From NCBI GenBank assembly GCA_027923505.1, contig BROI01000012.1:372001-436000 (forward strand): DNA of 64,000 nt, written 5' to 3'. This DNA comes from Mayamaea pseudoterrestris (lineage: Eukaryota). How positions within the stretch are numbered: position 1 is the stretch's first letter; every line of letters starts with the position of its first letter. This document shows, one piece after another, positions 1-11,783 of this stretch. Position numbers and translations under genes: made by a program. The notes beneath the pieces are model-generated. The model saw only the letters and a list, made by a program, of their open reading frames with translations, made no database searches and was not told the DNA's origin.

Positions 1-3000
1 GCCAGCGTCTTCAAAATTGAATGGACCATATACAAAGCATGCTGGGTCCGTAAGTGTAACGGGGCTGGCTGTGGCAATGTATTTGCCTGGGTCAGGGATG
101 CGTTGCGCTTGGAATTCTGAGCGCTTGTCACTGAGAATCAAATTGCCGTCAGAATCCACAGTGTATTCACGCCATTCGGTGCGCCAGCGGTGATGATTCC
201 AAGGGAGGTGTGCATCAGAGTTTTTGCTTGCCTGAAATTCACAATAGTATGTACCCGAATCCTTGTAAGTCTGCGTGCCGGCTGAGCGAGCTGAAGCGTA
301 CAGGTCTGCTTGAACCAAATGAAGCTGAGGATTGAGTGTACCTTCTGTCACAAAGTTGATAAAGAACAGTTTATCTTCGGAGCCTTCGATTGCCGCAAAC
401 AAGGCTCGTGGGTCAAGGCAACAAATGCTTGGGTTGTCATGCGGTGAGACTCGCTGGCGTTTTCGTGCTGGTTGCCGTGGAGGAAGGACAAGTTCTGGGG
501 ATCCCTCAACAATAGTGAGGAGTTCTTCGTTCAATGAATCAATAGTTGGTACAGCAGGATTGGTGGCATCAATGATGGCAGGCACAAGTGGGAGGGGTGC
601 ATCAGCATCGGGCGGTGGTGGATCCTCGCCATGGAGCCATAAATGGTTGTAAGAGTCAATTCCAAGTGCATCCTTCAAAGGATTTAGCACCGGTGCGCGG
701 TCCTGGTTCAGATAACGATAATCAATGGAATCAATGGGGCTACAGGGCTGCAAGACAGGAGGCAGAGGCACCAGCAAGCTACCTTTGACGTGACGAAGTG
801 CACTGGTGGGTTCATCCAGTTTGCGCACATCATACGAGTCGTGACCGGTTGTTGCAATCACCTCAAATGGACCCTTAAAGTTGTAAACAAGCTTGCCAAC
901 ACGACCTTGAGCAGCATCGCTCTGGACTTGTACTTGGACTGCGACTTTGTCACCAACTTGAAATGATCGGGGCTTGCGGGTGGCATTGATGCGCTCACGA
1001 TGGAGAGTACGTCGTTCGTCAACTAAAAGAGCTAGTATTTCCCGACTCAGTGCAAGGTCTTCACTAACACCAGCAAGGTAACGCTGAACACTCAATGCTT
1101 GGTCATCGGCTGGTTCAGGAAGTGCCTCCATGGCTACCTCAATCGGAAAGCGAAAGACTCGTCCACAAACCACATAGCTGCGCACAATATCCGTCCCTTC
1201 AATAGGCATTGAATTGGAAGCATATGCAGCCAAGGAGGCAACCTCCACATACACTTTGTTGCTGCGGCGCTTGGAGCATTCAATGGTCAAGACTTTATTC
1301 AGATAACGATGGAAACGCTCGCAACGACAGCCTTGATGGTTGCCTTTTGCCAAAACAAGATAATCAAGTTGTAAGGCAGTGCACATGTCTTTGAAATACC
1401 CTTTGAACTTGCTGTCATCATCGATGACAACGCGTGAACAGATACCATACTTGAAGAGCACATCCGCACAAAAGTGGCGAGCAAAGGTAGCCGCTGTGGC
1501 CTTGACAAAGGGTACAATGACCACGAAGCCAGTTAAATCACATACAATGGTTAGAAGACCCGTATAGCCACCATGGAAGGACGTAGTGGAGCCAGGCGCA
1601 AAGGCATCAACATGGAGTAATGCCATAGGTTGCTCAAGAACTGTGCCATGCAGCAATGTGGTAGATGGGCGGTTCACTGCATTTGCCAGGAGGCATTCAG
1701 GGCATCTCTTTATGGCTTGCTCAACATAGCGCTTCATGTGGGGCCAAATGAAGCGCAGGCGTAGGCGAAGAAATGTCTTTCGTTCCCCCATGTGTCCTGC
1801 ACAAGGCGTGGAATGATACGCTTCAAAAACACGCCGACGCAAGGAGTCAGGTACCACAATTAGCTGAATAGCTCGTTGGTCGCGAAGGACTGGCTTGAGG
1901 CACATGAGACGACCATTTTCAATCCAAAAGTGCTTGGCTCTAATGAGTGGGCGAAACAATTCGCTCACTCGGCGATAATCCATTGGCTCCCAAGCTGCGT
2001 CATCCTTGATCTTGTCCATAATAAGAGAGCACTCCTCATCAGCAGCATATGCAGCAGACCATTGCTCATTTGATGGAATCATGACAGCAGCGGTGAGACA
2101 AATGGCAGCATTGGTAGCAAAAATTGATACTGCTGTTGGATTGGGAGCTTGTTCAACTCGCACAGCGGTAGCGCGCCGACAAACTTCATCCAGCTCATTT
2201 GCAAAGGTTGCAATAACCATGGTGAAACAAGCTACTCCAACACATTCTTGAACTAACTGCAGCTGCTCGCTAACCGAAAGTGACAAGATGGCTTCTCGTG
2301 CCACAATATCCACTGATAACATGTCAAGGAGTTCAAGCGGGGAGCAAGGTCGATATGCAGATACACCATTTCGCTGCAAGAAAGGGACAGCAAAACTGCC
2401 AGAGAATGGCGATCCATGCCGAAGTGGCGGCACACAAGCAGGGTGGTCTGGATGAAGTACTGGTACTAAGGACCCCCTCGAACAGCTGAATTGGGCAGGA
2501 GCATAAGGAAGAGATGGCAAAGCTAAAGCTCCAGGAACACTAATCAAGTCCACGTGTGCTATGGAGTGACCATGAGAATGTTCCTGGAGATAGTCGTCAA
2601 GGAAAAGTGCGTACGGGGGAGGGACCATTACTGCCAATGCTGGCATGGGTAATGGGAAGATGGCAGCTGCGCATAATGTTGTTATTACACCTTGGATGAC
2701 AACTGTTTGCCGAAACAAGCTGTCACCAAATTGGTGACTCGCAAGCGTTGTGACAGAGGCATCCCAAATGGTTGCCCGACGTTCCAGATGTTGTGCAATA
2801 GTCTGCCGCAAAACTCCGTCAGGGCTTTCAGTGCGATGCAAGGGGTTGCAAGGCAAAGGAATGAGCAGAACAAAGCCGCGAAGGTTATTTCGCTCACGCA
2901 GCACCTGGAGTATGGCAAACTGAGTAACAAGCCAACTGTCATGCAAACCATCAATGGGCGAGTAGGTGGCATCATACCCAAGAAGTTTGTCAAATCCTTG

Positions 3001-5457
3001 GAGCAAGGACGCATCGGAGAGTAATTGGTCCGGTGTGCGGCACAGACGGCAAGTTGACGCAGGATTGAGCTTGCGAGTAATAGACAACCGCATGTCGGAA
3101 CGCTCGAGAAGCAAAATGCTGGTTGGTGAAAATGTGGCAAGACTTGCAGTAACAACTCCTGGGGTGCTGCCGTAAGACAACCAGGATGCATTAACAGCAC
3201 TGGCGCAGGCAGCGGCAGCAGTGGCAAACTCATGATCATGGCGGAACCCATCCGGCGGCGACAAGGGTGGAGTAACTTGAAAACGAACTGCGGTGTGACT
3301 TAGTCGTGGGTGGGTGTCGGCTGCTGGTGTAGCTTGTTGCAAAGCTTCAGCACGCTTACCATGGCTGGCCAAGATGGTGCAGTGAGTGTGCACTGCTGCA
3401 ACAGGAAAAGACTCCACTGCGTTTGCTGGGGCAATGGCACAAACAGTGGCACTTGGTAAAGCTTGCGACAAACCTCCTTTAGCATTGATGCGAGAAAATG
3501 GTACAGGAGTGTAGGCACTCGGATCTGCTGCATATGACTCCTCCCGCATCTGTTGAGCTCGCAGAACATAAGCCTTAACCAAAGGGTCGTAATGCCGAGC
3601 TAAAGCATCCACGTCCTTCATCATACGCTCAGGACGGTGAATGATGTCAAAAGAGTAACCAAGCAAATCCATGGCCCAACGACGCAGTAGATGATTGTCA
3701 CCTTCATACTCGACCAGTGCCTTGATGGCACTGCAATCTGTAATCCAGTAAAACTTCTTGCCCCATAGGTAATAGCGCAATTTGCTAATGCCCCAGCGAC
3801 CGCACGCAGCTTCACCCACCATGCTATGATAGTGCTCCTCTTTATCCTCACAACGTCGGGCAAGAAACATAATGGGGCGCAAGCGAGGTCCATTGAGAGT
3901 CATATCAAACACGCATGGCTCACCTTGCTCCATTGCTGCTAAAGCCTCCTTGGAAGCATCACTGTCATCTGGTTGCAATAGCGCTACTCCAAACCCATGC
4001 TTGGCCCAGTCAGTGCGCAGAAAGAAGGGTTTGCTAGCATCTGCCCGTGCAAGACATGGGGACGAGGTGATAGAATCCTTGAGCTCTTGAAACAGAGCGA
4101 GTAAGTCACTAGTCCATGCATCCTTGGGGATAGGAGAGTGCTTGAACTGTTTACAGAGCTGCCGCAATGGAACCACACGAGGTTCAAAGTATGGCATGAA
4201 AGTTCGGTAGAAGCCGCAGAAGCTGATGAAAGCGTTTAAAGCTTGCGCAGTTGTGGGAACAGCCCAAAGGCGGATCAAATCAAATTTGGATTGGGCGGGA
4301 ACATTGCCATGAACCATCCAATCATGTCCTATCCAGCTCACACGAGGCAACATGAATTCACACTTTTTAAGCTTGATTGTCAGGCGGAAATGAACGGCTG
4401 CGGCGCAAATGCACTCAAAGAGTTGGAGTAGGTAGTCCATGCAGTTAGAAACTAGCAGGAGGTCATCAATGATGCTCTTTACTACAAACATGGCGTCTGG
4501 TCGTGCTTGCAGCGGCAGGCCTTTGTCAGTGCTGCGTTTACTTGCCCAAGCAATAACAATGGACATGAAATGTTGGAAGACTGGTGATCCATTCATGACA
4601 CCAAAGGGCATGCGAAGAAAAGCATACTTCTTGTCATAAGGACCCCAAAAAGCAAGTTTATCATGAGTTTCAGGTGTAATGTCAATTTGGTGGAATCCAG
4701 AGTCAGCGTCAAGGCTAATGGCGTGGAGCGGTCCTTTGGAATCATTGAGCAGCTCAAGAGCGTCAGCGCAACGAGGCATGCCCACCTTAATAGGGCGGGT
4801 GACCTGGTTTAGGGGCCCAAAATTGGCGCAAAGTCGCCAATCAAATTTGTTTATATCAACGCAGTCCTCCTGATGAGGCTTAGCAGCAAGGACAAGCTTG
4901 AAACCCCATGGACCGTGATTTGCTTTGATCAAACCATTGTGCAGCAATGCATCGATGTACTTTTGCATAATTGGTTGCTCGTGCAAGCCATAGCGTGGCT
5001 GAGGAACGCAAATGGGTTGCGAAATGCCAGTATCAATGTGAAACAAAATACCACGAACTGGGCGACGGACACCAACTGGATCAAACGCATCCCAGTGATC
5101 CTTGATAATGGTGACAATCCGATCACGAGTAGCAGGCGTGCAGCTGGGACCAACCCGAAGGGTGTCTTCGAGAAACTGGGAATGTGACTCATCCCATAGT
5201 ATCAAATCATCTCGAGGAGGTAGGTCATCTGCTCCATCCTCAATGAGGGACTTGCCAAGCTTGGAATGAACAAAGTAGCTGTCGGGAAGGCCATCAGCAT
5301 CAACCGGATGGTAATTAGACTGAGGCTTAGGATGCCATCGTTTAGCTGGTACAGTAATAGCGTACGAGCTAACCATCGATCTATCCTTGCAATTATCATC
5401 TATCAAAGGCTTGTAGAGTCGAGGCGGCTCAGCGGCGCTAGCCACTGAGCCTGCTCC
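1..5457 (-). CDS. pol: Gypsy Pol: RT, RNase H, DNMT-like insert, integrase, C-terminal extension (partial; no stop within window)
   Basis: Manual translation shows no stop from 5457 to 1. RT motifs WRLCANFGPLN, LDADSGFHQI, RMPFG, IIDD (4462-4473), KKCEF, WIGH; RNase H LRTDWA...GEAA...ITDC...DVDALAR; integrase H-x6-H...CPEC, HVD...IDDD...CERF, KGPFEV. Absent from the ORF track because it lacks a terminator in the window. Confidence 0.93.
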
Positions 5458-5460
5458 CTA
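5426..5460 (-). promoter_or_regulatory. Candidate stop-codon readthrough signal (UAG-GGAGCA followed by an 11-bp stem-loop)
   Basis: Minus strand reads TAG GGAGCA GGCTCAGTGGC TAGC GCCGCTGAGCC; the stem has 10 Watson-Crick pairs and one U.G pair; pol continues in the same frame. Confidence 0.7.
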
Positions 5461-7086
5461 TTCGAGGGCAAATGACACATTGGCAAGAGAAGTGGCAACT
5501 GGCGCTGATGACCCCTCCAAGGCCACTGAAACAGGAGATCCTTTACTCGCTAAAGCGACAATAGTTTTGGCAGCTTCAAGCAAAACGACTTGTTCAGCTT
5601 GGGCAGGAGTGAGGACTGCTGGAACTGGAACAGGGTTTGGTACCATGGAAGGCATTTGGTTAACAGTGGCAGTGGGTGCAGGAGCAACTGGTTGGTTCAA
5701 GACCACTGGAGGCAAGGCCGTGGCCACTGTGGCCACTGTTGCACTGATTGCTGGAAAAACATCAACAATGGGGCGATATTCGCACGTAAAATCTTGGGCG
5801 AGCAAAGCTGAGCTGAACACATCCTTTCCTGAGGGGCCTGGGAGACGGTACATTTTGAAACGTTGCTGGTCCGCACGACCAAAAATCACCGCCACTGGAA
5901 TGTCTTCTCCAAGCGCAAACGTGATAGAATGCCCAAAAGGAGTTGGGTACTCAACGGCGTGGCGCAAGGTGATTTGATGAACAATGCCATGCGCAGAAGC
6001 GATGCCTGCAATGGTGTAAACCTGGCATTTGTCAGTTGAATTAATGGCATCAGCGGAGAAGAAACGGGCACCAACTTTAGGATTGGTTAAGGCAAACTGC
6101 TGATGCCAGGCTAGGTTGCCTGCACTGATGGTGGCACATGAATCATCCATTGCAGGAAGAGCAACCGCTGACTCAAGAGTAGGACCAACCACTAAAATAA
6201 TGTGTGGCACTGTCGGCTCCACCGCAACTTGTTTAGGAGGAATGCCATGTGCACTTGTGGCTGCCTGCATGCTGAGAGCTCGCATGACAAGAAGGGGTGC
6301 TCGGTTTTGCTGAAATGGGTGCCCTTGCTGCTGCTGCTGCTGCGTTTCCTGCTGCTGCACTGGCGGCTGCTGCTGCTGCTGCTGCTGGGTTTCCCAAGCT
6401 GGGCGATTGTTTACGTTACGTGGCCCACCTTGCGCAGTGACAGCAACTTGAGCTGATCCTGGCGCAGTTGTAGAAGTAAACTTGTGCGCGCCACCACCTG
6501 GGCCATAGACGGACGCTTTGGGTACTGGGTTACGTGGGATGCCTCGATACTCACGGTAGAAATGGTAGTTGGCAAAGAACTGACGTGTTGCCTCCGAATT
6601 GTCGCGGTACGGGCAAGCCCCAAAGATGTGGTCAATGCTCCAGCAGGCAAAGCAAGGGCTCACACCGGGAGGAATAACCAAATTGAGATCCTCCGGTGGA
6701 AATGGGAAGTCCTTTAGTGGGAAACGTGGCTGGTTCTGGGCAATGGTATGCTCCGCTTGTGAGAGAAAGGCTGCTTGATTACCTTGCTTGTAGGATTTTG
6801 ATGGCGTGACAGTGGCTGTGAAACGGACAGCTCGCTTTGGAGGGCGGGTAGAGTCTACTTCAGTTTCTTCCTGCGGCGTTTCGGGCTCGGCGCATCTTTG
6901 TGCACTCCCAGGGTCCGCGACTCCCCATCGTTCGTTCGTGACAAACCCGTGCAACCAGTGAATTTTGCTTTTTCTTCGCTTGATTCGATGAATCAGGTTC
7001 AATCGTAGGCGTCTGCAACAGAGAGCGCTGACTTCAACTGCTGACTGAGGTTGGTGAAGAAGAGCTGCACGACATTGATTCCCCAA
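5458..7086 (-). CDS. Gag C-terminal part (CCHC zinc knuckle) plus retropepsin-like protease; true start uncertain
   Basis: CFACWSIDHIFGAC = CX2CX4HX4C; LPAMDDSCATIS resembles the D[ST]G protease site; later VIFGR resembles the ILG motif. Confidence 0.8.
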   Translation of the reverse strand: MGNQCRAALLHQPQSAVEVSALCCRRLRLNLIHRIKRRKSKIHWLHGFVTNERWGVADPGSAQRCAEPETPQEETEVDSTRPPKRAVRFTATVTPSKSYKQGNQAAFLSQAEHTIAQNQPRFPLKDFPFPPEDLNLVIPPGVSPCFACWSIDHIFGACPYRDNSEATRQFFANYHFYREYRGIPRNPVPKASVYGPGGGAHKFTSTTAPGSAQVAVTAQGGPRNVNNRPAWETQQQQQQQPPVQQQETQQQQQQGHPFQQNRAPLLVMRALSMQAATSAHGIPPKQVAVEPTVPHIILVVGPTLESAVALPAMDDSCATISAGNLAWHQQFALTNPKVGARFFSADAINSTDKCQVYTIAGIASAHGIVHQITLRHAVEYPTPFGHSITFALGEDIPVAVIFGRADQQRFKMYRLPGPSGKDVFSSALLAQDFTCEYRPIVDVFPAISATVATVATALPPVVLNQPVAPAPTATVNQMPSMVPNPVPVPAVLTPAQAEQVVLLEAAKTIVALASKGSPVSVALEGSSAPVATSLANVSFALE

Positions 7087-8246
7087 TCAGCAGGCTTGCC
7101 TGGAAGCTGATTGACTTTACCAATGAAAGCCGTAGAGTACTCAGAGACTGTCAAGAACTGCAGGTCCGTCATCTTGACCTTATCCAAAGAGGCCCGCAAC
7201 TCTCCCAAAGAGAGGCGACTGAGTTTGCCAACGTCTGGGCCAATGTATTCAGCCTTGATTTGGTTCAAGTGGACCGTCAAAACAAGACGCGCTTCATACT
7301 CCCGAAGGACTTGATCAATATCCTCAGCCGACGCGTAAACAATTCCATCTTCAGTAGCAGTTACCATGTAAGGAATCGGAGTGGCTCCGCACGCCATAGT
7401 GAAAGATGCCTGATTGTCGAGAAGATGCGTGTCACCTCCATAGGTGCCGCGAATGAAACGGTTGAGATCTCCTGCATTGTCAACTGCGTTAACTGGGCCA
7501 GCCTTGCTCATTGTAGGGGTCGGAGCAGTCAGAGCTGCGTCATCAAGGCATGTAAGTGGTACCGTATGCATGGTGAGCTGCCCGTTGGCGTCAAGAGTAG
7601 GAACAATTTGCTGCAACAACTTGAAAGAACAGTCCAAATGGAAGGGCGGCAAACCAGGGACAAGCTTGGCGTAGGGACTGGTGTCCCAACCGATCTCCAC
7701 ATGAGTGTCAAGATACTTGATATTGTCAGGACGAAACGACGGATTGACATGCAACTGTCCTTGAAGGCGGCGTCCAAAACCATCGACAAAGCCACCAGAC
7801 TGGAAATGCTCCGTCTTGAGTAGCTCCGCACGCAACCAATCCTTGCTGTCATTGGCAATACGCCAAACTCCTTTGGCGTCAATGATACGGTCAAAGCACT
7901 GCATCAAGCCGTTGGTTTGCGCGTGGTATGGGGCTCCTGATCGTTCAAGGCCGGCGACAAGACTCTCAAAGAACTGCTCCTTGACAAACGGCTCAGAGGC
8001 AAGCGAAGGAACAGCATCAACTTGGATCTTGTAACTGCCTCCCAAGTCCAGAGTCATCGCATCCTTGGCAAAGGTAACAGCATCAAACATGCCCGGATAG
8101 TCAGCAGAAAGCTTGGCGGAAGGTGTCGTGTTTCCATTGCGCAGAGCAGACGGAAGCAAGCCGCTCGTGGTGCCATGTGAAACACTGGGTGCTCGCTGGC
8201 TACGGTGAAAGGCTAGGACAGAGTTGTAGAGGCTGTTGAAAGACAT
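6999..8246 (-). CDS. Gag N-terminal part (ORF1 of the Gypsy element)
   Basis: Long ORF directly upstream of the knuckle ORF; ATG at 8246 (MSFNSLY) preferred because the upstream extension is tandem repeat. Confidence 0.6.
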   Translation of the reverse strand: MSFNSLYNSVLAFHRSQRAPSVSHGTTSGLLPSALRNGNTTPSAKLSADYPGMFDAVTFAKDAMTLDLGGSYKIQVDAVPSLASEPFVKEQFFESLVAGLERSGAPYHAQTNGLMQCFDRIIDAKGVWRIANDSKDWLRAELLKTEHFQSGGFVDGFGRRLQGQLHVNPSFRPDNIKYLDTHVEIGWDTSPYAKLVPGLPPFHLDCSFKLLQQIVPTLDANGQLTMHTVPLTCLDDAALTAPTPTMSKAGPVNAVDNAGDLNRFIRGTYGGDTHLLDNQASFTMACGATPIPYMVTATEDGIVYASAEDIDQVLREYEARLVLTVHLNQIKAEYIGPDVGKLSRLSLGELRASLDKVKMTDLQFLTVSEYSTAFIGKVNQLPGKPADWGINVVQLFFTNLSQQLKSALSVADAYD

Positions 8247-8409
8247 TTTAGTTTCGTTACGATACAAGCTGCGGCTACGGATGTTGGTGGCAACAGATTG
8301 TGAGAGCAGTCGATGGTTTGCCGAGCATGAGCGGTTCTGCTTGCAAAGCCGAAGGGTGCGGAAGCACATGGTCGGAGGCCCAAAGGGGCATTTCTTTTGG
8401 TCGTCCTTC

Positions 8410-8561
8410 TCCACTCCATGGTTGTTCTTCAATCCAGGAGAACGGTTCTGCAGGCTGTTCTTCAAGTTGAGCATTGTTCTGCGGTCCACTCCGTGGTTGT
8501 TCTTCAATCCAGGAGAACGATTCTGCAGGCTGTTCTTCAAGTTGAGCATTGTTCTGCGGTC
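8410..8561. repeat. 75-bp direct tandem duplication
   Basis: tccactcc(a/g)tggttgttcttcaatccaggagaacg... starts at 8410 and 8485. Confidence 0.9.
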
Positions 8562-8869
8562 AGTTCTTGGAGAAGTTCAGAGGGCTTTAGTAGCGGTGAC
8601 GTCACAGTTCAGCTAGGCATTGTCATCCTAGCTCGGCATGCCCGTGGCTTCACACATTGTGGCAGACATCGCCGTCCGCTGGATTGTCAGTCGCGGTACG
8701 ACGCGTGACATTTTTGGCGCGCCATCGCATGGAAGCGATTTTGGTTTGGATGGACGAAAATACGGAAGGAGCAACCAGAGCAAAGCTATCCATGACGCTT
8801 GACGCTGCGGCAGCGGCAGCGGCAGCGGCGGCGGCAGCATCACTCATTGCGGAGGAGCGTATGATGAAT

Positions 8870-9062
8870 CTGGAGCAAACGAATCGTAGGAGGAGCGGCT
8901 GCCGTCATGTTTCTGCGACGATCAAGGCAAGGCAAAGCGTACACGCCAGCGAGTAAAGGCGTCACGGGCGTGCGGCAAGAAAGCAATTTCATCCACCACT
9001 TTTTTATTCAAGCAAACATCAAACAGATACATGTAGTTGAGGAGCTTTTTCACTTGTGAAAC

Positions 9063-9097
<35 letters not shown>

Positions 9098-9600
9098 GGT
9101 GGCGGTCGCGATTTGCCAACAACTAAACGAAAGACGATTGCAACATTTTGGAGGCAACGTGAATTATCGTTTGCGACGGTTGAAAGTTGAATGGCAGTGG
9201 GAACGTTTTGGAGCTTGCGTGTAGCAAACGAATCGTAGGAGGAGCGACTGCTGATATGACGAGCAACGCATGTCGACGAGTAAGCAAGCGAGAGCAAGGG
9301 AGCGCAAAGCGTTCACGCAAGCGAGCCGAAGCCTTCGTCGAACACCGTTTTTTAAGTCATTCAAGTTATCAAATTTAAAGTTGAATAGCTGATTGTTCGG
9401 TCGGTCGGTCGGTCTGCTCGTGAAACGCTGCTGCTGTGGCCGCTGCTGCGATTTGATTTTTACCAACGACCATTTAAACGACGACTGCAACGGTTGGAGG
9501 CGACAGCCGTCGCAACGTCAGCAGGAATTATGGATTGCGATTTGAATGGCAGCATGTGGGAACGCCTTGAAGCTCGTGCGCGGCGCGATATGCGAGTGTT
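8870..9600. repeat. Diverged ~350-bp tandem repeat containing (CTG)n tracts
   Basis: agcaaacgaatcgtaggaggagcg at ~8874 and ~9223; gtgaaacg(t/c)tgctg at ~9056 and ~9420; ttgaatggcag...gtgggaacg at ~9188 and ~9542. Confidence 0.65.
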
Positions 9601-11783
9601 TTGCGCACGTTTCCACGGGCCGCGCTTCTAGTAAGCCACTGCAGTTCAGTACTGCAGATGACATGTTATGCAAATGTTGGAGCTTTGTCATGTACGAGTC
9701 GCAAGAGATGCCATTGGAAGCAGTGCAGCGACGAAATGCATGCGACAGACTTGGATATATATATTTTCGCAAGCGGCGGCGGCATTCTATCCATTGCACC
9801 ACGACTTGTCGGCGGCGGCAGCTTGCGCGCGCGCGCACTCAATGACGAAATGCTCATTCACTACCAACGTGTTTTGGACGTGTCTTGGTTGCGTGCAGCA
9901 GCAGCAGCAGCAGCAGCCACTGCAGCAGCATCAAGTGCATGGCGACTGACGATGATGCACGCGAACATTCGACGATGTATCAAGTGTCAGCGGACTGCCG
10001 ATTAGTCGACGAGTTCAATTGCGGCCTTGAAAACATGTATAATAACTTGAATGAGCATTATCAACGCAGCTTGTTGCGCATGTGATTACGTGTATTTGCG
10101 ACGAGCCGCCACTTGATGTTGGAAACGTTCACTGCAGATGCCTGTTGGCAAGCACCGGCGATCGGTGTTTGCAGTTCCGGACGTTGCAACAGATGCGCTG
10201 GAAACTAATGGAAATTGGATTGAATGATGGTGAACGTATTAAATTGTTTGCGTTTGCAGTGAGCGTCTTTTTGCAACGATTTTGGGAGTGATGTTGCAAG
10301 CTTCTAGCCCCGTCGGCAAGTGGCTTGGCTTGTTTAAAAGCATTCATTGTAATTTAAAGCGTAGATAAAAGAAGCGTAAACGCAAAACTACAACTAGCTT
10401 TAATTAATCAAAACCGAAGTGTAATTTCCAGACGAAACTACGCCGTACTTTTTCTTTTCGCCAGATACTGACAAGATTGCGATATAGCGCCAACATGTTG
10501 ACCACCATCAGCCACTCACTCGTCGCTACTCTCTTTCCATTGCTTGTAACTGTTACTGGTAAAGCCTAGCTCAAACCTCGATAGAGTGGGTACCTTGGTG
10601 TTGAAACTATGCAGCAAGAAGTCCACCACCGTCGGCAGTATGCATGCGGTGCAACCTATTTGAATCCCTTTGCTTACAGACATGGACAATACAATTCGCA
10701 ACGTCCGCATGCAACAGACCTCAACGGCGCACTTGATGGCGAGCAATAGTCAAGAATGCTGCATGTATTCAAAACCAAACAAGGGCTTTCAATCCGCGTG
10801 TGTTTCGCATGCTCGCCCTGCGACGTACCAGCACGATGGGGGCAAACAACAGGATCATCTTGATAACGGCCAAGCAGGCACCACCATCTGAAAGCCAGTT
10901 GTTAGCGGAACCACCAAATCAATTGCGCTGCACTTTCCGGACGAATGCATTCTGCAACCGGCGACATGCAGCAGATGAGCATTGCAAGCCTTTGCGGCAA
11001 GCGCTAGCACATTGCCCTGCATGGCTCGGATTCCAACGACTCGCTCGCTCACTCGCTCCACTGCTCCGTTCCCTGCTCAAATGGAAACGCGTTGCCGCTC
11101 TTGCTGCTCAATGACATCTGTGAGTGTCGACATGGCGTAGATTGCGCAGCGCCTCGTTCGTTATCGTTGCTCACCCACAGCACCCACAGCCATGACTGCC
11201 AAGCGTGCATGTAAGGCGCAGACTGTTGCACTAGCTCGTCAACAACTCCAATTTACTCATGACACTGGCGGGAACGAATCATACCACGTTGATTCGCTTC
11301 GTTTCTTTCGCCACGGCCGTCAGTCAGCTACTGCGTCAATGTCAATTCGTCAGTATTCGTCACTGTCATCCGCCTTTTTGCTTTCTCATCTCCGCAAATT
11401 ACAATCATTAAGCAGACACAACCTGCAGCGCATCAGTCCAATACAGTTAATAGGCGAATGGTGGATTGTTGTAAGCAAACAAGCCCCTTGTCGAATGATA
11501 CGCGACCTCACGCACTTTGTCCAAAGCCTTGCACTCTCGACGTTGCATTCAGCATGTAGCCACCACACTTTCAAGTGTTCCAATCGTATTGACATTGACG
11601 GAGGCGTTGTTCCATTGCATTCATTGACTATGAAATGCATTCTTGCGTCGCCGACCAGCAACGACGCCGCCGCCACTCCGTCACTCTTGTCGCTTCAATC
11701 GGCAAGCACACGTTCGACTGATGACGAATCGACTTGCAATTGTCAGCACCAACCAATCAATCGTTCGCTCATGTTCGCCCCAT

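Larger units (their letters stand above)
1..8246 (-). mobile_element. Ty3/Gypsy-like LTR retrotransposon internal region (3' part runs off the window; 5' LTR not identified)
   Basis: Domain order gag - CCHC knuckle - protease - RT - RNase H - insert - integrase read by manual translation of the minus strand; RT-RH-IN order and GPF motif are Gypsy-type. Confidence 0.93.

Noticed and set aside
332..5448. Short ORFs listed in the track over the Gypsy pol region
   Set aside because: Antisense or off-frame shadows of the long pol frame
10496..10680. Possible 5' LTR of the Gypsy element (TG...CA segment)
   Set aside because: No second copy, PBS or target duplication visible, and it is more than 2 kb from gag
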